Virus record (IMG/VR): IMGVR_UViG_3300045141_000199
Location: 1 to 64,000 of that record
Length of the DNA stretch: 64,000 nucleotides
Direction: 5' to 3' (one strand)
DNA from: a virus
Part shown: in pieces, positions 8,400-14,163 of the stretch
Layout: every line of letters starts with the position of its first letter
How positions within the stretch are numbered: the stretch's first letter is position 1
Made by a program: the position numbers and the translations under genes
The notes under the pieces: generated by a model
The model's input: the letters and a program-made list of their open reading frames with translations, nothing else
Database searches by the model: none
Told to the model about the DNA's origin: nothing

Positions 8400-8472
8400 G
8401 GTTCCGTAGCTCAATGGGAAGAGCGTCCGTCTTATATGCGGTCGGTTCTAGGTTCAAGTCCTAGCGGAACTA
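8400..8472 (+). tRNA. tRNA-Ile(UAU)
   Basis: Cloverleaf, loop CT TAT AT. Confidence 0.88.
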
Positions 8473-8476
8473 CTTC

Positions 8477-8549
8477 GCAGCATTAGCTCAGTTGGTAGAG
8501 CGCCACCGTGCCATGGTGGAGATCATGAGTTCGAATCTCATATGCTGCT
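8477..8549 (+). tRNA. tRNA-Gly(GCC)
   Basis: Cloverleaf, loop GT GCC AT, discriminator U. Confidence 0.93.
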
Positions 8550-8554
8550 TACTT

Positions 8555-8628
8555 GCCTCCGTAGCATAATTGGATAGTGTGGCGGACTTTTAATCCGAAA
8601 GATGTGGGTTCGAATCCCACCGGGGGTA
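8555..8628 (+). tRNA. tRNA-Lys(UUU)
   Basis: Cloverleaf, loop CT TTT AA. Confidence 0.9.
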
Positions 8629-8632
8629 CTTC

Positions 8633-8728
8633 GCGTGAGTAGCTGAATTGGCAGAGCGGCCGTCAAAACGTCGCCCCAGCACTGGTTTTTCACACCAGCG
8701 GATGCGGGTTCGAGTCCCGTCTTGCGCA
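8633..8728 (+). tRNA. tRNA-Glu(UUC) with ~23-nt insertion between D and anticodon arms
   Basis: GCGTGAG/CTTGCGC acceptor, CTGGT-TTTTCAC-ACCAG anticodon arm, intact T arm; 96 nt. Confidence 0.75.
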
Positions 8729-8734
8729 CTACAC

Positions 8735-8807
8735 AGGCCGCTAGCTCAACTGGAAGAGCAAGACCCTCTTAAGGTCGAGGTTATGGGTTCGATTCCCATG
8801 CGGCCCA
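8735..8807 (+). tRNA. tRNA-Lys(CUU)
   Basis: Cloverleaf, loop CT CTT AA, A1:C72 mismatch. Confidence 0.88.
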
Positions 8808-8809
8808 TC

Positions 8810-8884
8810 GCACCCATAGCTCAGTGTGAGAGCACCTGCCGTTCTAAGGCAGGAGGTCCGGCGGTTCGATTCCCCGTGGGTGCA
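8810..8884 (+). tRNA. atypical tRNA, anticodon UCU (Arg?) with 6-bp anticodon stem
   Basis: CCTGCC-GTTCTAA-GGCAGG; bulged C in T stem. Confidence 0.7.
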
Positions 8885-8887
8885 TAC

Positions 8888-8960
8888 GCCATCGTAGCTC
8901 AGCCGGTAGAGCACTTCCTTGGTATGGAAGAGGTCCAGAGTTCGATTCTCTGCGTTGGCT
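8888..8960 (+). tRNA. tRNA-Thr(GGU)
   Basis: Cloverleaf, loop TT GGT AT. Confidence 0.93.
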
Positions 8961-8962
8961 TC

Positions 8963-9029
8963 GCCTCCTTTTGTGGCAGCGGACGCGCCTTGTAAGCGTG
9001 GCAGCAGGGTTCGATTCCCTGAGGGGGCT
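8963..9029 (+). tRNA. tRNA-Thr(UGU), shortened D region
   Basis: 67 nt; acceptor, anticodon (CT TGT AA) and T arms intact; only 14 nt in the D region. Confidence 0.8.
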
Positions 9030-9032
9030 TAC

Positions 9033-9104
9033 GCTCTCAAGGTGTTCATGGTGGCATCGCGCTTTCGTAATGCGCAGGATCGAGTTCGAATCTCGATGAG
9101 AGCT
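9033..9104 (+). tRNA. tRNA-Thr(CGU)
   Basis: Cloverleaf, loop TT CGT AA. Confidence 0.87.
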
Positions 9105-9112
9105 TTTACAGT

Positions 9113-9179
9113 GCCTATCGTCGCCGCGTTGACAGTAGACGATGGGCCGCATCCGAGCCATAACGCGGTAAAGCTCGGA
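9113..9179 (+). ncRNA. unclassified kissing-hairpin structured RNA inside tRNA array
   Basis: 10-bp and 7-bp hairpins whose loops are complementary over 9 bp. Confidence 0.6.
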
Positions 9180-9188
9180 CAGAATTTC

Positions 9189-9260
9189 GCAGGAGAGATG
9201 TTACTGGCTGCATATCGGCCTTCCACGCCGAGTGAGCGGGTTCGAGTCCCGTCTCCTGCT
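9189..9260 (+). tRNA. tRNA-Gly(UCC)
   Basis: Cloverleaf, loop CT TCC AC. Confidence 0.9.
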
Positions 9261-9265
9261 TACAA

Positions 9266-9338
9266 GCTGCGATAGCTCAGTTGGTAGAGCTTGCCGTTGA
9301 AGCCGGCAGAGTCGGCGGTTCGAGTCCGTCTCGCAGCA
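9266..9338 (+). tRNA. tRNA-Phe(GAA)
   Basis: Cloverleaf, loop TT GAA GC. Confidence 0.9.
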
Positions 9339-9648
9339 CTTCGATATCTAGATTCTCAGGGCGCATTTGCTCGTTTATCCACGCGTCAAGATTTACTGTT
9401 ATTCGCGCGTGTTGTATTCTTACCCATCGTTGGAACTCGGCCGACTTTGCCATGCGCACAAACGCTTTCTTCTTGTTCTGAAGTTGCGTGCGCTCCTCAC
9501 GCGATTCGCCGCGGGCGCCGCTAGGCGAATGAATTACACGAACTCCTGTGTCCCGCTTGTCTTTATTCTGGCCACCCTTACCTCCGCAGCGGAAGGTCTG
9601 TACTACGCAATCTTTGATCGTGACGGTTAGTATCTTTTCACGCGCCAA
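9277..9648 (-). CDS. stand-alone class I release factor GGQ domain protein (ArfB/RF-1-domain-like peptidyl-tRNA hydrolase)
   Basis: FRCGGKGGQNKDKRDTGVRVIH...REERTQLQNKKKA; no codon-recognition domain. Confidence 0.88.
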   Translation of the reverse strand: MAREKILTVTIKDCVVQTFRCGGKGGQNKDKRDTGVRVIHSPSGARGESREERTQLQNKKKAFVRMAKSAEFQRWVRIQHARITVNLDAWINEQMRPENLDIEVLRDGLEPPTLPASTASSTN

Positions 9649-10249
9649 CGAAAGCCTCTGGTGAATCGGCCTTCAAATGCTCGGGCTCGTAACAGCCGAG
9701 TATGTAGCCATCTAAGAGCGCCTTCAAATTCACGGGGCTGTAATGTGTTTGCTCGACCGACACATTAATCTGGTTGGCGCTAAACGGCGTAAAGTCCTGG
9801 CCCTTTCCGCCATATCCGTTGTTGTGGATATGGCCATGCACGCGAATATAAAACTTGTGGTATTCGTCGTGCTTGAGCGGATAGTGCGCAAAGCTCACAT
9901 GGTAAAGGCGGTTGCCGGCCGTGTAGGGGAGCGCGAACGGCTTTACGATTTTGAAACCGCACTCACGATAAAAGCTGGGGCGCTGCCGATCGTGATTACC
10001 GAGGATCAGATACTTAGGCGAGCCCGTGAGATGTTTCGAGATAACATGCTTGAACAGGCCGTTACTCTTCCAGACGAGATCGCCTAGATGTAAGAGAGCA
10101 GCGTCCGGCGGGACAGCGCTAGCCCATTCCTCCATAACGATCTGCTCATGGTCTGTCGGCCTGTGGCAGTACCCAATGATGTTGTTATGGCCGAAATGTG
10201 AATCAGATGTGATCCATGTGCTCGCTGGATCGATAAGTGGTACGCTCAT
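9638..10249 (-). CDS. calcineurin-like metallophosphoesterase
   Basis: SDSHFGH, HLGD, GNHD, HYP, HGHIH motifs. Confidence 0.9.
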   Translation of the reverse strand: MSVPLIDPASTWITSDSHFGHNNIIGYCHRPTDHEQIVMEEWASAVPPDAALLHLGDLVWKSNGLFKHVISKHLTGSPKYLILGNHDRQRPSFYRECGFKIVKPFALPYTAGNRLYHVSFAHYPLKHDEYHKFYIRVHGHIHNNGYGGKGQDFTPFSANQINVSVEQTHYSPVNLKALLDGYILGCYEPEHLKADSPEAFVGA

Positions 10250-10308
10250 CTAGGAATCATATCATAACTATCTCGGCTGCGCTTGGTTTGTGATATAGTA
10301 TTTAGCTC

Positions 10309-10389
10309 GCTGCGATAGCGAAGTGGACAAACGCGGGTGGCTGTAAACCATCTCCCTCGGGTACCTAGGTTCGAATCCTAGCCGCAGCA
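10309..10389 (+). tRNA. tRNA-Tyr(GUA)
   Basis: Cloverleaf with variable arm, loop CT GTA AA. Confidence 0.92.
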
Positions 10390-10392
10390 TAC

Positions 10393-10476
10393 GGAAGGTG
10401 GCGGGCAGGTGCCCAAACTGGATTTGAACCCCAGGCTACGGCTAGCGTCGTAAGGTTTCGATTACTTCACCTTCCG
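10393..10476 (+). tRNA. tRNA-Ser(UGA), 8/4 cloverleaf
   Basis: 8-bp acceptor GGAAGGTG/CACCTTCC, 4-bp T stem, long variable arm, G73. Confidence 0.82.
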
Positions 10477-10480
10477 CTTT

Positions 10481-10569
10481 GGTTAGTTGGCAGAGAGGCC
10501 GAATGCACTGGTTTGCTAAACCAGCGTGGGACTAAAAGACCACCGAAGGTTCGAATCCTTCACTAACCG
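10481..10569 (+). tRNA. tRNA-Ser(GCU)
   Basis: Cloverleaf with long variable arm, loop TT GCT AA. Confidence 0.92.
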
Positions 10570-10645
10570 CTTAATTCCGCTGTGGGCCACTGGTCTACAG
10601 GCGGGGCGATTTGCCCGCGTTTCGCCTTCAAGCAACCGGGTACAT

Positions 10646-10716
10646 GGCGCAGTGGCCGACTGGTTAGGCGGTTGCCTGCAAAGCTTCTAAATCCGGTTCG
10701 ATTCCGGGCTGCGCCT
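10646..10716 (+). tRNA. tRNA-Cys(GCA)
   Basis: Cloverleaf, loop CT GCA AA, U73. Confidence 0.9.
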
Positions 10717-11049
10717 CTAAATGTCGTCGTAAATCGGTTCAGGCCGATAGCCAATCCGGCGCCGAACGCGATCGAGATTCGGGCAGATAAACGACGGCTC
10801 GCAGCACCCGCCTTCTAAAGCAGTCAACTCGTCAAAGGTCATATCCGGCCGCAGTGGACAAGTACATTGCCTGGCCTCTTGTTCGCGTATCCCCTCTTCA
10901 ATGATTCGACGTATGCCGGCGTCTGAATGGGCTGCCGGCATTGCGTAGGCTGGTTTGTGCTCAGGGCAATTGCGCGGCCGCCTGCCGCGCTTGAGTGGCG
11001 CCTCGTAATCATGATCGCCGATCTCGCAGTAAAGGATTCGCGTGCTCAT
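10717..11049 (-). CDS. Cys/His-rich hypothetical protein
   Basis: Start placed at MSTRILYCEIGDH (ATGA overlap with upstream ORF); CxxxxH...CxxH and further Cys. Confidence 0.6.
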   Translation of the reverse strand: MSTRILYCEIGDHDYEAPLKRGRRPRNCPEHKPAYAMPAAHSDAGIRRIIEEGIREQEARQCTCPLRPDMTFDELTALEGGCCEPSFICPNLDRVRRRIGYRPEPIYDDI

Positions 11050-11216
11050 ACTCGCTCCCAGCCATCGAATCGACTCCTTGCGGGCAAGGCGCCTTTGTCG
11101 CCCTGCTCGCGCAGCAACGTCCAAGCGTCATCATACCCGATCGCGTAAAACTTGCCAGCCGGGGATTCGATCAGCATCCGCGGCCGTGCTTGAATGACTT
11201 CCTTACTTTTAGTCAA
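11046..11216 (-). CDS. small hypothetical protein
   Basis: Hand-translated TTG-start ORF MTKSKEVIQARPRMLIESPAGKFYAIGY..., overlapping both neighbours. Confidence 0.45.
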   Translation of the reverse strand: MTKSKEVIQARPRMLIESPAGKFYAIGYDDAWTLLREQGDKGALPARSRFDGWERV

Positions 11217-12642
11217 TTAACTTCCACGCCCTTTCGTACAGCCACTCGTTAGTGTTTAGCTTCGGTTGAGATAGAACCTCATGCAAAAGTTGACGCTGCA
11301 TCTCGCCGATCGCTCGGCCCTCATAGCCCATTTCGCGGAGTTCGGTTCCGTCGATCGCCAATTCCTTGACGCTGATTGGTACGCCGGCCTTCTGCGCTCG
11401 TACTTGCTCGGCGGCAATCCATGACAGCACTTCCATCGCCTCAGTGATATCTCCGCCCTTGCCAATCACGTCGCATACGCGATGCGTGATTAGATCGCGC
11501 AGTAGCTCATCCCCTAGTTCCGAGCGTAGCCGGCGTATCTTGAACGGACGGATGTTCTCATGCAAGGCGAGCATGTGGCGCTCGATTAGCGTTTTTACGT
11601 CCTGCATTAGACGGTGCGGGGCGTTCAAACGATGCAGGGCTTCATCGGCAAGTTTGGCGCTCCAATACTCATGCGAGTAAAGAGAAGGGACTCCGGCTCC
11701 TAGTTCGACAGCTCGCTTTGGTGCGAGCGCGTAGTAGTGCTGAAGCCCCTCCTCGTCAGTCCACGCCATCGTAGGCTTCCCGCAATCATGGAAAAGTAGC
11801 GCCATACGCACGCGCATGGGCGCGTGGGAGTGCATGTTAGCGGCCGCCTGCACAGCATCAAAGGTATGGTCGCTTGTCGTCTTTTCGTGATAGCGCGAGC
11901 GTTGGTTGTAATCGATCATCGGCGCTAGCTCAGGCAAGAGAATCTGAAGCACGCCAGTTGCGGCCGCTAGTTCAAGAGCGTAACCAGGGCTGGCACCCAT
12001 TAGAATTCCTTCCAGCTCGGTTAGTGCCGTGCCGCTAACTCCCTTTTGAGTCAGGCCAGTCACGGCTCCCGAATGCTCCTGCATTTGGCTATACGCTTCC
12101 GGCGACAGCCGGAAGTGCGGCAGCTTACTGATAAAACGAAGCGCCCGCAGCATCCTAAGTGGGTCTTCCTCGAAAGAGCCGGGGTGTGTCGTGTGAATTA
12201 GCTTTTCGTTGATATCCTTAGCGCCGCCTAGCGGATCGATTAGCGATCCACTGCGAACATCGCGATAAATAGCGTTGATCGTGAAATCGCGTCGCTGGGC
12301 GTCTAGCTCAAGCGGCAGGTTCTCGTTGATAATCATCTCGAAGGCATGCCGCCCATCGCCTGTAGAGCGCTCTGCGCGTGGCAGCACAACCTCAAGCAGG
12401 CCGAGTCCTCGGACCTGCGCCCGGACCCCGATCTGAGGGCCGTTGCCGCGGAGGCGAAGGGAGCCAATCTTGGCTCCTGCGCCCGATAGCGCAGCCGCTA
12501 CGTCCCATAGGGGCGCTCCTCGGACTACGTAATCGGAGTCCTTGCTTTGGCGGCCTAGCAGCTCATCCCGAACCGATCCGCCCACGCGATAGATTTCGGG
12601 AAGGTCGAGAGAGGCCATGAACTGATCGGGAGTCGTGCGCAT
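11209..12642 (-). CDS. cca: class II CCA-adding tRNA nucleotidyltransferase with HD domain
   Basis: VGGSVRD...DSDY, RRDFTINA, EDPLRMLR, LFHDCGK; start placed 6 nt after TGg-TACGAT. Confidence 0.93.
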   Translation of the reverse strand: MRTTPDQFMASLDLPEIYRVGGSVRDELLGRQSKDSDYVVRGAPLWDVAAALSGAGAKIGSLRLRGNGPQIGVRAQVRGLGLLEVVLPRAERSTGDGRHAFEMIINENLPLELDAQRRDFTINAIYRDVRSGSLIDPLGGAKDINEKLIHTTHPGSFEEDPLRMLRALRFISKLPHFRLSPEAYSQMQEHSGAVTGLTQKGVSGTALTELEGILMGASPGYALELAAATGVLQILLPELAPMIDYNQRSRYHEKTTSDHTFDAVQAAANMHSHAPMRVRMALLFHDCGKPTMAWTDEEGLQHYYALAPKRAVELGAGVPSLYSHEYWSAKLADEALHRLNAPHRLMQDVKTLIERHMLALHENIRPFKIRRLRSELGDELLRDLITHRVCDVIGKGGDITEAMEVLSWIAAEQVRAQKAGVPISVKELAIDGTELREMGYEGRAIGEMQRQLLHEVLSQPKLNTNEWLYERAWKLID

Positions 12643-12706
12643 CGCTAAATCGTACCACATCTCGCTAAGTGGCGCTAAGTTATGATATAGTTATCAATCC
12701 AGTTGA

Positions 12707-12777
12707 TGCGGAATCGTCTAAAGGCAGGACCGCGGGCCTTGAACCCGCTTGTCTAGGTTCGAATCCTAGTTCCGCAG
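12707..12777 (+). tRNA. tRNA-Gln(UUG)
   Basis: Cloverleaf with U1:A72, loop CC TTG AA (C33). Confidence 0.9.
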
Positions 12778-12808
12778 CTAACGGGAAGGGTTAAACCTTC
12801 CCGGCCAA

Positions 12809-12879
12809 TGGGGAGTCGTCTAACGGCAAGACGCGCGGCTCTGAATCGTAAAATGTGGGTTCGATTCCTACCTCCCCAG
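12809..12879 (+). tRNA. tRNA-Gln(CUG)
   Basis: Cloverleaf, loop CT CTG AA. Confidence 0.9.
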
Positions 12880-12887
12880 CTTATCGA

Positions 12888-12960
12888 TCTAGCGTGGTGT
12901 CAACGGCAGCACGGTCGGCTGTTAACCGATTAGGTCCAGGTTCGAATCCTGGCGCTAGAG
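12888..12960 (+). tRNA. tRNA-Asn(GUU)
   Basis: Cloverleaf, loop CT GTT AA. Confidence 0.93.
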
Positions 12961-12964
12961 CTTA

Positions 12965-13035
12965 CGGGGTGAAGTGTTATGGCTGCACCGGGCGCTTGGA
13001 ACGCTCTAGTCAGAGTTCAATTCTCTGCTCCCCGA
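12965..13035 (+). tRNA. tRNA-Pro(UGG)
   Basis: Cloverleaf with C1:G72, loop CT TGG AA. Confidence 0.9.
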
Positions 13036-13040
13036 TATCC

Positions 13041-13124
13041 GCCGACATGATGGAATTGGTAGACGTGCTGGTCTTAGAAACCAGTGTCCGCAAGGACGTA
13101 AGGGTTCGAGTCCCTTTGTCGGCA
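13041..13124 (+). tRNA. tRNA-Leu(UAG)
   Basis: Type II cloverleaf, loop CT TAG AA. Confidence 0.93.
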
Positions 13125-13129
13125 TATAA

Positions 13130-13213
13130 GCCTGTGTGGCGGAATTGGTATACGCGGCGGACTTAAAACCCGCTGGTCTTCGGGCCTTTCGAGTTCGAGT
13201 CTCGACACAGGTA
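13130..13213 (+). tRNA. tRNA-Leu(UAA)
   Basis: Type II cloverleaf, loop CT TAA AA. Confidence 0.92.
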
Positions 13214-13216
13214 TAA

Positions 13217-13299
13217 GCGTGAGTGGTGAAACGGTATACACAGCGGGCTCAAATCCCGCCGGTCGGAAGATCATGCGAGTTCGATTCTCGCCTCACGTA
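13217..13299 (+). tRNA. tRNA-Leu(CAA)
   Basis: Type II cloverleaf, loop CT CAA AT. Confidence 0.92.
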
Positions 13300-13303
13300 T
13301 TTC

Positions 13304-13377
13304 CCCTCTATAGCTCAGTGGACAGAGCACCAGGCTACGAACCTGGGTTGTCGTGAGTTCGAATCTCGCTAGGGGGT
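13304..13377 (+). tRNA. tRNA-Arg(ACG)
   Basis: Cloverleaf, loop CT ACG AA. Confidence 0.92.
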
Positions 13378-13382
13378 TACAA

Positions 13383-13456
13383 GCTGCTGTAGCTCAGTTG
13401 GCCAGAGCGTCCGCCTGTCGAGCGGAGAGTCGAGGGTTCGAGTCCCTTCAGTAGCG
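13383..13456 (+). tRNA. tRNA-Asp(GUC)
   Basis: Cloverleaf, loop CT GTC GA, G73. Confidence 0.92.
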
Positions 13457-13458
13457 CT

Positions 13459-13532
13459 GTGACGGATGCCAAAGTGGTCGAGGCGTCAGGTTGTGATCCT
13501 GGCTAGAGCGGGTTCGAGTCCCGTCCGTCACC
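13459..13532 (+). tRNA. tRNA-His(GUG), no encoded G-1
   Basis: Cloverleaf, loop TT GTG AT, C73; base at -1 is T. Confidence 0.9.
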
Positions 13533-13625
13533 CTTCCCTTGCAAAGGAACGGTAGACTGCTTAAAGCAGTTGGCCGCAATGCTGCCGGCGGTCGAGGCTG
13601 AGACGCTTTCACTTGCCGGCATCCA

Positions 13626-13694
13626 GGGAGATAGGTCATGGTGACCAAGCGGATTCCAAACCCGCAGGCGAGCGTTCAATTCGTTCATCTCCCG
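13626..13694 (+). tRNA. tRNA-Trp(CCA), atypical D arm
   Basis: GGGAGAT/ATCTCCC acceptor, GGTCA-TGG-TGACC D arm, loop TT CCA AA. Confidence 0.82.
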
Positions 13695-13698
13695 CTCC

Positions 13699-13766
13699 GG
13701 CTCTGATTTTGGTATTCGACCGCGTTTCATACGCGCGGGATGAAGGTTCGACTCCTTCCAGAGCTA
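13699..13766 (+). tRNA. tRNA-CAU (elongator Met or Ile2), no D stem
   Basis: GGCTCTG/CAGAGCT acceptor, loop TT CAT AC, intact T arm; D region unpaired. Confidence 0.78.
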
Positions 13767-13768
13767 TC

Positions 13769-13840
13769 GCCTCTATAGCTCAGCGGAAGAGCTGCCGCCT
13801 TCTAAGCGGCCGGCCGTGAGTTCGAATCTCACTAGGGGCT
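13769..13840 (+). tRNA. tRNA-Arg(UCU)
   Basis: Cloverleaf, loop CT TCT AA. Confidence 0.93.
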
Positions 13841-13843
13841 TTC

Positions 13844-13916
13844 GTCCTTGTAGCTCAGCGGATAGAGCATCAACCTCCTAAGTTGATGGCCGTGGGTTCG
13901 ATTCCCACCAAGGACT
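13844..13916 (+). tRNA. tRNA-Arg(CCU)
   Basis: Cloverleaf, loop CT CCT AA. Confidence 0.93.
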
Positions 13917-13987
13917 TGCGGCGAAGTGGTCTGGTGACCATTCGAGCCTCATAAGCTTGAGAGGGTGGTTCAATTCCCCCGCCGCCA
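13917..13987 (+). tRNA. initiator-like tRNA-fMet(CAU), atypical
   Basis: 1:72 mismatch, loop CT CAT AA, TTCAA T loop, 6-bp D stem with TGGT tetraloop. Confidence 0.78.
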
Positions 13988-13988
13988 C

Positions 13989-14063
13989 GCAGGGGTCTAC
14001 TAACTGGCCTAAGTGCCGACGTTCTCAGCGTCGATGATGCGGGTTCGAATCCCGTCCCCTGTA
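13989..14063 (+). tRNA. tRNA-Glu(CUC)
   Basis: Cloverleaf, loop TT CTC AG. Confidence 0.85.
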
Positions 14064-14068
14064 CTCAG

Positions 14069-14097
14069 AAAGGCCCGCTAATTTAGCGGGCCTTTTG
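14069..14097 (+). terminator. intrinsic terminator closing tRNA cluster 3
   Basis: aaaggcccgcta-att-tagcgggcctttt. Confidence 0.85.
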
Positions 14098-14163
14098 TCG
14101 TTATGGAGAGCCCATATTATTTAGGGATTCGCGGGAGAAGGGCCTTAGCGCCGCTCTAACGAG

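Noticed and set aside
9113-9170. HDV-like (theta) ribozyme after tRNA-Thr
   Set aside because: A nested P1/P2/P3 can be drawn, but the L3 consensus, P1.1 GG and P4 are missing; the kissing-hairpin model explains more bases
8810-10640. Stop-codon reassignment via suppressor, Sec or Pyl tRNA
   Set aside because: No in-register CUA/UCA/UUA anticodon; the 10393 tRNA has anticodon UGA (Ser); genes are intact in the standard code and use all three stops
8129-14063. ORFs overlapping tRNA clusters (e.g. 8648-8995, 8919-9275, 12855-13166, 13613-13819)
   Set aside because: Shadow translations of tRNA genes
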